Notes: generated by a model not told the origin, from the sequence alone. 64,000 nucleotides of DNA from a bacterium (GCA_021851895.1 JAJZQJ010000005.1:14572-78571); one strand, 5' to 3'; positions 39,472-49,638 are shown, numbered from the stretch's first letter. Program-made: numbers and translations.

Positions 39472-40590
39472 TCATCTTGATATCTTTTGAATGCGCACAA
39501 ATGATCCATCATGGGAGCTCGAGAGTACAGAAATAAGCGTCCCTACGGTGACGATGAGCAGAAGCAGTCCTGCGATAAATGGAATGATGAGCAAACGTGC
39601 GCTCATAACTCGTAGTGCGACTTGCCCATCGAACTCCCCTCCCACTTTCTCTAAATCATCACGCAATTTCCTCACTGCATACGCAAAGAACTTGATCGCA
39701 CCGCCCAATATGATGATCATAAGCACGATGGCCCGCCAAGGCAGCACAAGAAAGAATGTGCGGTCCGCAACAAGATGTGCATTATTCTCGCCGTAATTCA
39801 ATTCAACATGGGCATTCCAAAGACCAAAGTCAAATATTCCGAGTGACCCCTTCCAGTCATACTCAACATTCCTCTTTGATCCTGGAATGATCGTTCCCGG
39901 TGCAAGCGTATTATCAAGTACATAGCGCCCACGCTCGACACCGAACATATTTCGTATGACCACTGACCCCTCTGGACGAAGGTGCGTATCTCCATCATTT
40001 TTTAATTCAAGAGAGAACGTCCCCTGTGCACCTGCAGAGATCAGCGCCTCCCTTGTGAAGGAGAGAATGGTCAACTGCTCTTTCGTCTCACCAGGCACGG
40101 TGAGAAAATTGAGCATATTCAGTCGTTCTCTCGCAGAACCGCTACTCGACTCGAGCTCAAAGACCACCGATCGTCCGCCAGGATTTGCATCACTTGGCAC
40201 TGATATCGAAAAAGGAACGCGAAGTGATTTGTGCGCGGGAACGATCAACGGACCATCAGGTAATGAGAACCAACCCGATGCTCGAACAGGGTCATCTTTA
40301 TCTGGAACGCCCTCCATTTCGCGCACACCACCCGCACCATCTACGGGAACAAAATCGGCCACAAGCACATCGAGTGCTATCGACTCTTCACCTGTATTTT
40401 TTAGTGTAAAAAATGATTTGAATTGGCCGCCACGCTCAACTGAGATACGAAGGATCGCCGGCTCAACTGAAAAGCCTTCCAAAGGCACCGCAGCCGACGC
40501 TTCGATCGACAACGGGAGAAAAAGCCAAAAGACCATTGCGATAAGCATGGTCTTCTCGTATCTCTTTAGTTGCTCGAAAATATACAGCAT
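39472..40590 (-). CDS. DUF916/DUF3324-like membrane-anchored protein
   Basis: FSVEPA, ASGWF, VPFSISVPSDANPGG, LKNDGDTHLRPEG, FLVLPW followed by TMs. Confidence 0.7.
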   Translation of the reverse strand: MLYIFEQLKRYEKTMLIAMVFWLFLPLSIEASAAVPLEGFSVEPAILRISVERGGQFKSFFTLKNTGEESIALDVLVADFVPVDGAGGVREMEGVPDKDDPVRASGWFSLPDGPLIVPAHKSLRVPFSISVPSDANPGGRSVVFELESSSGSARERLNMLNFLTVPGETKEQLTILSFTREALISAGAQGTFSLELKNDGDTHLRPEGSVVIRNMFGVERGRYVLDNTLAPGTIIPGSKRNVEYDWKGSLGIFDFGLWNAHVELNYGENNAHLVADRTFFLVLPWRAIVLMIIILGGAIKFFAYAVRKLRDDLEKVGGEFDGQVALRVMSARLLIIPFIAGLLLLIVTVGTLISVLSSSHDGSFVRIQKISR

Positions 40591-40596
40591 GCCGAA

Positions 40597-41787
40597 TTAA
40601 CGCAATCGAATGATGTGTTCTTCGGGAACAACGCGAACCTTCTGCTCGAGTTGCACTGCATAATGAGCAGGAGGAACAGTACGCACGCGGGGAGGAATGT
40701 TCACCTCAGTCAAGCCACTGATGACACTCTCTTCAAGCACATCTTCGAGGCGGTGTCGCTTACCCCTAAATAGGTGGCCGAGTCTCTTGAACATACTCTC
40801 GTCATCCACGTCCTTTTCATCGACATGTCGTTCATGCGGTTCTTCGTCTTCTTCGGCGACTTCAGCATAAGCATACGATGGACGCGCGAGGTCACGGCCG
40901 CGAGCGAGCATCGCGAACAGCACGATAAGCACCACGAACACCGAACCGAAACCGATCATCTTTGACCATGGTATGACCCAAAAATAAACGACATCTTGCA
41001 TCGTACCGCGCTGCCCATAGCTCATATCGAGCATGGCTTTATATTTCCCGAAATGCCCCCCTGCTGCCCAAGTAGCAGCAAGCAACGCTTTCCCTTTTGG
41101 CTCGACTTCTTTGCCATCAGTGTTCACGTCGACCATACCAACTTCCTTGCCCGTATTGTCGAATATTCTTATCTTTCCATTCGGAGTCAATGCACGATTA
41201 CCTGTATTCTCTACAGAAAAACTGAAGTTCGCTTGTGGATTTATGAATATATTCTTCGCAGCAGCAAAAGAAAATAATTGCAACTTCTCGCGAATGTCTT
41301 CAGTTACCTCGATATTCATCAGCACTTCTTGTGTACATGCTGTACACTTCTGCGCGTCAAACTGCGTCGGACCAGATGCGAATTTTATGGCAACATGATA
41401 ATTCCCCGGCTTTGCCCGGGCAGGTATCTGCATCTGAAATGGAATGGTTTGTTCTTCTTTCGGAAGAAGATTAATAGAGCGAGGTATCTCGATCCAGCGT
41501 GATGGGCTTGAGTCTAATGGGTTAGCATTCAAGCCACTCATATCGCGATTCGAGAGGTCGCCTTTCATGTCATCAACATCGACAACCCAAACGAAAAGCG
41601 TCGACACACCCTGACCAGTGGTCTGTACTGTTATATTATGATGACTTATCTCACGAACTTTTCCTTTCGTATCAATGACCTTCGGAGTCACCTCAAAGTT
41701 CGCAGCATAGACAGAGAATGGTAATACAAAACACCCAAAAAACAGGGCAATAACAGGCCAAACTGCTTTGCGTGTGTGTATGTTCAC
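40597..41787 (-). CDS. DUF916/DUF3324-like membrane-anchored protein
   Basis: FEVTP, PSRWI, IPFQMQIPARAKPGNY, VENTGNRALTPNG, FWVIPW followed by TM; start uncertain. Confidence 0.7.
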   Translation of the reverse strand: MNIHTRKAVWPVIALFFGCFVLPFSVYAANFEVTPKVIDTKGKVREISHHNITVQTTGQGVSTLFVWVVDVDDMKGDLSNRDMSGLNANPLDSSPSRWIEIPRSINLLPKEEQTIPFQMQIPARAKPGNYHVAIKFASGPTQFDAQKCTACTQEVLMNIEVTEDIREKLQLFSFAAAKNIFINPQANFSFSVENTGNRALTPNGKIRIFDNTGKEVGMVDVNTDGKEVEPKGKALLAATWAAGGHFGKYKAMLDMSYGQRGTMQDVVYFWVIPWSKMIGFGSVFVVLIVLFAMLARGRDLARPSYAYAEVAEEDEEPHERHVDEKDVDDESMFKRLGHLFRGKRHRLEDVLEESVISGLTEVNIPPRVRTVPPAHYAVQLEQKVRVVPEEHIIRLR

Positions 41788-41908
41788 TACATATATAGTA
41801 TACACTGGAAATAGTCGAATTATGCTTACTTTTCCACAGAAAATCATGATTTTCGGGCGACAAAAGAACGACACTCATTGGTGTCGCTCTTTTGATCAAA
41901 ACACTCTA

Positions 41909-44900
41909 TTAATAGACAGGGGTGATCACGTAGATAATGTTCGTACTATATGTGCCAGGCGGAGTGCCTGCATGCGGCTCTATCTTATAGACGACATCAA
42001 CAGTCTCACTCCCCGTTGTTGGGAGATCTGAATAACCAACTTCCGATGGAGTGCTCGTCGCGAATTCAGCCCAAGAATCATTCGGGGCGAATCTGTCTGG
42101 TATCCCCGTCGGACTCAACGTATGATCAGATGTGTGATAACCGATACAACCTGCACTCGCTGCAGGACACCCCGTAGACCAAGGTACCGGTGCGGAATTT
42201 GGTGCACCAATGATCGATGGCAGCTTATCTCCATAAGCGTCGAGCAAATCCCCTTCTGCCTGCATCGTCACCTGATACCCCATCATAGCATTCGTCGTTA
42301 TGTGCAATTGATGCGCAAGCACGGCGACCGAATCCATCGTGAGCATGCCAAATGGAGTTGTTGTTGCCGTTGTTGTACCTGTCGTTACTGAGCCATCGAT
42401 GGTGACGCCTGCATTTACTCCACTAACGAGGCCGTCGACAGTCGCTCCCTCCGCAACGACTGACGGATAAGACGCGGCACTCTTCTCGAGCGGTACATTC
42501 CGATTCACGTCATAGAGGCGGAAAAAATACGTCTGACCGGTGCGTTCTCGCATCGAGGTTATTGTATACTCCATTTCAGTATTACTACCCGCTGCAGGAG
42601 AGAATGTCGACGTACTCGTTGCTTCATTGTGCCTTCCCAGTGTTGTGCCTGTGAGGGTTTGAACCGAAAGATTCGTATCATCAGGTCCTACTCCATACGC
42701 ATAGCAAAACGTACTTGTCGCCATACAATCATTCTGCAGATCAGCGAAATGCACCCCTGAACTGAACGTTGGGTCCTCCGACCACTGCACTGCGAAGCGT
42801 TCATTCGATCCCGATTCATTTGCAACATCTTGAAGCGCGGCACGCAGCTTGAATATAGTCTTATTCGCCACACCTGATGGTGCAATCTCTACACCTGCCC
42901 CCAAGAATGGTTGCCAATTGACCTCATTTGCGTAATCATCAACGAAACGCCAAGATGATATCTCTGGTGTATACCCTGCAGTACGTATGACCGGATAGAA
43001 GTCGTAACCAAACAATGGTTTGCCGCCATCCTCTACTACACGAAAACAGTAATCAGAATCCTTAAGCGCATTATTTCGTTTCAATGCCCAATCATATTCG
43101 ATATAATCACCCGTCTCACTCGTATTCGCCGGATTCGGATTCAACGCGGTGAGTCCATCTTCCGAATAGAGCTCGGGAACATGCCCGATTGCGACCGCAA
43201 CGAGCGCAGAAGGAATGCTTGTTCCGCTTGATAGGCCAGCATTGTGATATCCCGACCAATCGCCACTTGCATTCACATCCATCCAGCTTGCAGATGGGAT
43301 GGCGCTACAAGAACCAGAAGTGCGTAATGCGGACTGCAATTGAAAGGCGCGATCGGCTATTGGCATCGTTGAAGTGCTTACTGCAAGTGCGATACGCAAA
43401 CGCACGCTATCACTCTTACGCACAGGGCGATTAAGCGCGGTCATCTCCTGATCATCTCCGAGTGGATTTGGCGACCCAAGATACCAAGAATCCGTAGGAG
43501 TTAGTGCGCCGTTATCGGTATAGATACGGAAACCGGCTTGCGTGAACGTCGCGCGACGCACCTGCTGATGCTCTTCGTAAGTGATCGTAAACACATTACT
43601 GAAATTGGTATAATCGACCGCGGTCGACTTTGCATTACGCACAAGCATCGAGATCGTACTGCTTGGCATCGTCCCACTCCCCCAAAGATCAGTCGCGAGC
43701 ACAGGCTGCAACATGGTTGTATTGTATGGATACGAAGTCGCAGGACCCGCCTCGGTAGTTACGGTCCCCGCACCGCCCACTGCAGAAATAAATGCACCTC
43801 TTGTGATCGTTGTTGCCGCACCGTGTGCGATATACGTCTCAAGTTCTGCGGCACGAAAAGTCGTATCGACATCACGAGCGAGATCGATCGAAAACGGATA
43901 TGTTGTTGTCGCTATCGCCGTACTCGGAGCATATTGCTGTGGTGCCACATACGAGAGACTTCTCGCTTGTGTACCCCCATGACTTCCATCCCAAACGTAC
44001 GTGATAAGTAATTCTGCGGTTGCAGGGACCGAAGCCGTGACGAAATTGATGTTCGCGCTGATCGCAGTCCCTGAGGTCGCGTAAGATCCAACAAGCGAAG
44101 AGAGATCATGGATGATATACGTCTCTCCTCCACCACGATTGGTCATCGTTCCTGTCGTGTATGTTTGACTCAAACTTGATGCCCCTACGGTTCCTCCAAT
44201 TTGTGCCGAAAGCGAACTATGCGGTGAGTAGCGCACACGCAACCACATATTCTGTACTTGCGCTGACTGCATAGGAAGTATTGGTGTAAATGTACCAATA
44301 GTTGTTGCAACTCCAACAGTAGGCGCGGTCGCGAGCTGTCCGAGCGGATAGGACAACGTCTCCGATTGCTGATTCGAACGACTTGAATACGCGTAGGTTA
44401 CGACGATCTCTCCACCCGTCTGCGCCAAAATGACTTTGTTGTTGCTCGATGATACTGCGATAGTATTCGGCGTATTGATCTGAAAATCATTCACCCCAAT
44501 GGGCATACCCCAGAACAACCGAAGACCAGTAGAATCCAATGAGGTTTCCGTTGGACTAAATGTCACACTCGAACCTGCAGTATGACCTACGGTGACCGTA
44601 TATGCACGCTGGTTCGCACTTCCCGCGGAATTTGCGAGCGTCGTGATCTCTGCATGCACATCAAGAATATTCGCAGTGTCGTTATTCAAAAGATCCGCAA
44701 TCGTCGCGTTGTAATTAAAATCACAACCCTTCACCGCACAAACCGAAGTGATCGATCCTGAGTCACCTGCGACCGTAGAATCGAGCGGAAACCGCACCGT
44801 CTTGACTCCAACCATCGGATTCAAAGAATATGAGGTCTCATACGTAACAACCAATTTCGCGGTTGTGAGTGCACGTGTTGGACCTGTCGAGGAAAGAGCG

Positions 44901-47275
44901 ACACCCACGTTCACACCATTATTGAGCGCCGCACTCGACTGACCGATGAACAAACGTGTTGCATCGATTTGCGAGTGATAATAGTTCGTGACCGTACTTC
45001 CACCACCGGCGATCTGATTCATCGGCGCAACGTAAAGTTGAATGCCTTGAGCGTCACCAGAGAGTGAACCAGTGATATCACCAGTCACGGTGAGGCCCGT
45101 AAGTGCAACGACATTTGTCGAAGAAAATGAGAGGTCGACATATGCATTAACGACCTTTGCATCATCACCGAGCAATTTCACGAGCATGCCTGCCGGCTTC
45201 GCTGTCCCCCAAGTTGCGCCAGCGTACGAATACACTCCACTCGCTGCAGTCGCTTGATAGGTTCCGCCGCCGAGCATGAACTCCGCAGTACGCATTTGCT
45301 TTGGTTTTGGCACGAATGCGACAGGCGCGGCGGCCGAATAGGTGAGCACAACGACATTCGCGAAATACGTATAGTTCGCGGACACATCGACACTCTCTTC
45401 GATCGCAAATGGATAACGTTCACCCGAAAGATCGGATGTCGCACCGATATCGCTCGGCGTAAATCTTGCATAGAAACGTTCCGCGAATGGATACGTACCG
45501 CCCGTACCACCAACTTCCGCGATCGAAAGTGCATTTGCTGTCGTCGATGTGCCGAAGCCGATGTGTACTCCAGAAGAGATGGTGATCGCTGCAGTGTTCG
45601 AATGACCGAAATGCACTTCAAGAAAACCATCTTCAAATGTTTTTTGCGCACGCTCAGGGAGAAAGAGTATCGCATGGCGCACCTTATCCACCGTACCCAC
45701 ATTTCGACCAACCGCAGGCAAAGAGGCGGCATATGTCGCGGTCTTCGTCTGTGCGCTCGTCGGAGAATAGGTCCAGGAGAACGTCGTTACCACCTCAATA
45801 GCGACAGGAGATCCCCCTGCCCCACTGAATGCGAATGTTCCCCCAACAGGAGTCGATGCTGAAAACGAGAGACTCTCTGGAGTCAAACTGTGAATGACGA
45901 CCGGTGAATTCGCTGAACGTCGCGCGGTCGACGGAGCAGGAAATTGGTAGACCTGACTTGTACCACTTGTACCGTTCACACTATGGGTCACCGTCAAATT
46001 CGTCGCTGCAGTAAACACCGGAGCAAGGCTCATACGATACCAAGCCTTCTCAACGACAGGAGCATCGTTCGCTATGGCGATATTCGTCGTTGAGATTGGA
46101 ACACTCGCACCAGCTGCAGGAGATGCGGTCTCTTGATCAGAAAAATATCTTATCGTCTCTGTTTGCGTCGTTGCTGTTGGGTTGAATTTATACGTGATCA
46201 CCACCTCACCACCAGTTGCATAAAGTGCCGCACCTCCAGCGGTGTTCACAAGATTCAGTGTATGTAGCGTGTTCGCGCGAAGGTCAGAACCACCGATAGG
46301 TAGCGCACCCCAAAGCACGCGAGTCTCATGTGTATCGGCGACCGCTTCGTTCCATGCATAAAGTGGAGAAGCGGTTCCCCCAGAGAACTGGAGGCGAAAT
46401 GTTGAATTCACCGTGCCTGCGTGATATGCATAGAACTCGATGTGTGCATCGAGGATGTTCGCATCCGCCGAAAGATCGCGGATAACATTCGTGTCGAAGG
46501 TGAAAGGACATGTTGCACCAGCAGCACAAACCGTTGTACGCGTACCAGTATTTCCTGCAACTCCAGTTGATGCGAGTGGAAGATGCACAGACTTCACGAG
46601 ATACGGCAAGGTTCGATCGATATCCACCTCATAGGTGATCGACAATTTTGCAGTAGTCAACGCCCTGTTTCCCGCGCTCAATGTTGGAGCAACTCCAACA
46701 AGCACATGAACACCCGAATTGAAGGCGGAGTCTGATTGCGTAGCAAAGAAACTCGTGACGTCATTCACCGTCCTCAAGTAACCCGTACCGCCCGCCATGA
46801 TCGCAAGAGGGATAGTACCATTTGCACCGTTCACGGGCACATCAGTACCCTGAGTGCCCGAACCTTCGACATCCATGAAAATCCTATTCTCTGTAACTGA
46901 GGCAGCTGCGGTATATGGATACTCATACGAGACATCAAGCTGTGCGCTGAGCACATGGACGCCAGTCCCAAGCAAGGTGACCACGTCGCCACCTGTTGTA
47001 AGCGTCGGCTTTGTCGTCGACCATGCAGTCGCGCCCGCATAAGCCATTACCCCACTCGCACGCACGGTATTGTCCGACCCACCGCCGAGCACGAATTCCG
47101 CCGTACGCAATTCTTTGCCGAATGCCGTCGCAGAAGCCTCTGCATGACGGACACCAAACGTTCCAAGCATGAGGAAGAAAGCATCGACGCCACCCATGCT
47201 GACCAAAAACAACGCGACGAGAAGTGTCGTCGTGAGTATTTTCATAGAAAAAGTTCTCGCGTTGTTTATGGTCAT
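41909..47275 (-). CDS. 1788-aa secreted adhesin-like protein with internal duplication and WxL-like C-terminus
   Basis: Thr/Ser/Gly-rich beta protein; two about 600-aa repeats each starting RTAEF(V/M)LGGG; ends GTYSTNIIYVITPVY. Confidence 0.8.
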   Translation of the reverse strand: MTINNARTFSMKILTTTLLVALFLVSMGGVDAFFLMLGTFGVRHAEASATAFGKELRTAEFVLGGGSDNTVRASGVMAYAGATAWSTTKPTLTTGGDVVTLLGTGVHVLSAQLDVSYEYPYTAAASVTENRIFMDVEGSGTQGTDVPVNGANGTIPLAIMAGGTGYLRTVNDVTSFFATQSDSAFNSGVHVLVGVAPTLSAGNRALTTAKLSITYEVDIDRTLPYLVKSVHLPLASTGVAGNTGTRTTVCAAGATCPFTFDTNVIRDLSADANILDAHIEFYAYHAGTVNSTFRLQFSGGTASPLYAWNEAVADTHETRVLWGALPIGGSDLRANTLHTLNLVNTAGGAALYATGGEVVITYKFNPTATTQTETIRYFSDQETASPAAGASVPISTTNIAIANDAPVVEKAWYRMSLAPVFTAATNLTVTHSVNGTSGTSQVYQFPAPSTARRSANSPVVIHSLTPESLSFSASTPVGGTFAFSGAGGSPVAIEVVTTFSWTYSPTSAQTKTATYAASLPAVGRNVGTVDKVRHAILFLPERAQKTFEDGFLEVHFGHSNTAAITISSGVHIGFGTSTTANALSIAEVGGTGGTYPFAERFYARFTPSDIGATSDLSGERYPFAIEESVDVSANYTYFANVVVLTYSAAAPVAFVPKPKQMRTAEFMLGGGTYQATAASGVYSYAGATWGTAKPAGMLVKLLGDDAKVVNAYVDLSFSSTNVVALTGLTVTGDITGSLSGDAQGIQLYVAPMNQIAGGGSTVTNYYHSQIDATRLFIGQSSAALNNGVNVGVALSSTGPTRALTTAKLVVTYETSYSLNPMVGVKTVRFPLDSTVAGDSGSITSVCAVKGCDFNYNATIADLLNNDTANILDVHAEITTLANSAGSANQRAYTVTVGHTAGSSVTFSPTETSLDSTGLRLFWGMPIGVNDFQINTPNTIAVSSSNNKVILAQTGGEIVVTYAYSSRSNQQSETLSYPLGQLATAPTVGVATTIGTFTPILPMQSAQVQNMWLRVRYSPHSSLSAQIGGTVGASSLSQTYTTGTMTNRGGGETYIIHDLSSLVGSYATSGTAISANINFVTASVPATAELLITYVWDGSHGGTQARSLSYVAPQQYAPSTAIATTTYPFSIDLARDVDTTFRAAELETYIAHGAATTITRGAFISAVGGAGTVTTEAGPATSYPYNTTMLQPVLATDLWGSGTMPSSTISMLVRNAKSTAVDYTNFSNVFTITYEEHQQVRRATFTQAGFRIYTDNGALTPTDSWYLGSPNPLGDDQEMTALNRPVRKSDSVRLRIALAVSTSTMPIADRAFQLQSALRTSGSCSAIPSASWMDVNASGDWSGYHNAGLSSGTSIPSALVAVAIGHVPELYSEDGLTALNPNPANTSETGDYIEYDWALKRNNALKDSDYCFRVVEDGGKPLFGYDFYPVIRTAGYTPEISSWRFVDDYANEVNWQPFLGAGVEIAPSGVANKTIFKLRAALQDVANESGSNERFAVQWSEDPTFSSGVHFADLQNDCMATSTFCYAYGVGPDDTNLSVQTLTGTTLGRHNEATSTSTFSPAAGSNTEMEYTITSMRERTGQTYFFRLYDVNRNVPLEKSAASYPSVVAEGATVDGLVSGVNAGVTIDGSVTTGTTTATTTPFGMLTMDSVAVLAHQLHITTNAMMGYQVTMQAEGDLLDAYGDKLPSIIGAPNSAPVPWSTGCPAASAGCIGYHTSDHTLSPTGIPDRFAPNDSWAEFATSTPSEVGYSDLPTTGSETVDVVYKIEPHAGTPPGTYSTNIIYVITPVY

Positions 47276-47279
47276 TTTT

Positions 47280-49472
47280 TTAATTAACTACAGGGGTCGA
47301 AGTTGCGTCAGACTCAGTGCGTATGACGGGCGGAGTTGCGACGACGATCTCAGTGTTCGATACCGGCGTCTTTGGTTGGTTACGTGTATTGTCAACGAGT
47401 CTACGCGCAAGTGCAGTGAGGTCGAAGGTTTGTGCACCATCGACGCTACTGCCCACCATACGCATTTGCCCATTGGCATCCTCTTCATTCCACACGAGTG
47501 CAACTCTTGGAGATTCGCTCTTCACTCCTGGTTTCGAAACGCGATGAGCGACACCTGTTGTGATGTCGTATGCGAAGACCTGCCACACACCATCTTCGAT
47601 CGCCTGCCACGTGATCGTATCACCAGAGACATTCGGGAACATATCCGGTGCGTTATTCGCAGTAATGCGCTTCACCAACCAGTCACCGTTCACTCCTACT
47701 GCACGATGATCAGCAGACAACGCATCATCAGGTATTTTCTCTGGAGATGGAGCAGCAGTGAATATTTCCCAATTTCCATCTACCCATGCTTGCCATGCGA
47801 TTCTTCCGCCGTACACTTTGGGATTGAAATTATTATCTCCGCTAGTGAGATACTTCACCTTTGGTACTCCAACATCATTCACGTGCGCATATGCGATTTG
47901 CCACTTACCATTCTGCATTGATTGCCATACGAGCGTATCGCCAGATGGATCAAGAACAGGGAAAACGTTGTCATCCGTTCCATGCGTAAGCTGTATGGTG
48001 CTTGCGCCACGCACAAGGAAAATCTGTTTATTTCCCGTCGACGGATCCGGCTGGACAACCACGGAAATCGAGCGCTCGTTCGCGATCACTGGCGAACCGA
48101 ACGACTGTGCATCAGGGATACAGTAATAACCCGTTCCATCGAGATTCTTACAACCCCGATAGACCTCTTGCTCCACTTCCCTACGCACCTCTTGTTTCAC
48201 CTCATCACGTACTTCATTACGTAACTCACCGCGCATCTCGTTGCGCAACCGCGCACGAATCGCATCGATGTTACCGATGACCTCATCAGGTGCGACATCG
48301 AGGATCGGCGTCTCCCCGTCGGCTGTTGTTGATGCAACAGTCTCTGTTTGCATGGTCTCATCAACGACGATCGTCGTAGATGCAGTACTTGACGATGCGG
48401 TGTCGATGATCACAGGAGGTGGCGTCTCGATAGCGCCCTCTGACGATGAGGTCGAAGAATCTGATGATGAGGTATCCGACAGTGCCGCACCGCCACCCGA
48501 TGAGACAGGTTGAGTAACCGGCGCTGGATCAGCGACTTCCTGGGTTGTACCCGAAGCGTCACTCGAAGAAGCGGGGGTCTCTGTGGTTGGCGTATCCGAA
48601 GCGAGCTTGTCTGTTGTACTTCCAGAATCTACGACCGGAAGCGAATCGGTTGCCGAGCTCGCTACTGGTGCAGGTGTCGGATCGGATTGCGTAATCGCTG
48701 CAACGTCGTTGCCACCACCCTGCGCTACCGACTGCGGAGCACCAGCATTTGCGTCTGCAGTCGGTGCAGTCTGGACATCTTGCGATGTTGGAGAATCTGC
48801 AGCATTAACGGTTTGAGTATCTTGCGCTGCCGCTGCATCAGCAGAAGATGGCGCAGCTGATTGACTTACGTCAGAGGACACAGAAGGAGCCGCAACGGCA
48901 GCAACATTCGAACTTACGTCAGATTCTGGTGCAGAAGCTGGCTGAGTGTTGTCTGCAACGGAAGTGCTCGGTGCATCACTGGATCCAACGATCGCTGCGA
49001 CATCACTTGCGACACGATCAGCAAGTGGCGCCTCATCTGCGTATGCAGGAGCGAGCGGAGCAATGAGCATTGCAGGTATGAGTAACCATGCGAAGAAACG
49101 CGCAAGAGGAGATGCGGGTTTGACTGCTGCAACACGAACATCACTACCCGAGAGAGCTGCGTCGATAACTCTTCGCAGAGCGCCTTCATCTTTTCGCGCG
49201 TGCGCGTATGCGTGCGCGCTCGCGCGCGCCTGCGCGTGCGCACGCGCGCGCGTAACAGAAAAACTTCGAACGGTCAAATCAGCGGATTTTGCATCACGCG
49301 AAAGGTTTGTCCCCCCACCTGTTACTGCAGTTACAGACGCTTTTCTTTGGGAAAGCAGAATAGCCCCACCCGTCTTCGGGGAGGAGGTGTGCTGCACAAG
49401 CCTTGTTGGTGGCGGTTTTATACCACTACGCGGCAAGTGAACAATACTGTTTTCCGGTTCGTATTTCATCAT
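47280..49472 (-). CDS. Surface protein with Ser/Thr/Asp-rich stalk and TolB-like beta-propeller
   Basis: Internal TM/signal, low-complexity linker, repeats VWQSMQNGKWQI / AWQAWVDGNWEI / TWQAIEDGVWQV. Confidence 0.7.
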   Translation of the reverse strand: MMKYEPENSIVHLPRSGIKPPPTRLVQHTSSPKTGGAILLSQRKASVTAVTGGGTNLSRDAKSADLTVRSFSVTRARAHAQARASAHAYAHARKDEGALRRVIDAALSGSDVRVAAVKPASPLARFFAWLLIPAMLIAPLAPAYADEAPLADRVASDVAAIVGSSDAPSTSVADNTQPASAPESDVSSNVAAVAAPSVSSDVSQSAAPSSADAAAAQDTQTVNAADSPTSQDVQTAPTADANAGAPQSVAQGGGNDVAAITQSDPTPAPVASSATDSLPVVDSGSTTDKLASDTPTTETPASSSDASGTTQEVADPAPVTQPVSSGGGAALSDTSSSDSSTSSSEGAIETPPPVIIDTASSSTASTTIVVDETMQTETVASTTADGETPILDVAPDEVIGNIDAIRARLRNEMRGELRNEVRDEVKQEVRREVEQEVYRGCKNLDGTGYYCIPDAQSFGSPVIANERSISVVVQPDPSTGNKQIFLVRGASTIQLTHGTDDNVFPVLDPSGDTLVWQSMQNGKWQIAYAHVNDVGVPKVKYLTSGDNNFNPKVYGGRIAWQAWVDGNWEIFTAAPSPEKIPDDALSADHRAVGVNGDWLVKRITANNAPDMFPNVSGDTITWQAIEDGVWQVFAYDITTGVAHRVSKPGVKSESPRVALVWNEEDANGQMRMVGSSVDGAQTFDLTALARRLVDNTRNQPKTPVSNTEIVVATPPVIRTESDATSTPVVN

Positions 49473-49531
49473 TACGGACCACGATGGGCAGCCACCCATC
49501 AATGATCACCATAAGGACGATTGCATATGGG

Positions 49532-49638
49532 TGTGGATAACTCCTGCAAACGTCTTAACTATATTTTACCGCGGAACAGAGCGCTTTTTTGGTTTTTATC
49601 CACATGTTATTCAATTACAACTGCAAAAGTTATCCACA
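49532..49638. promoter_or_regulatory. Three perfect DnaA boxes (TTATCCACA)
   Basis: 49532-49540 (reverse), 49596-49604, 49630-49638; AT-rich tract at about 49690-49720. Confidence 0.75.
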
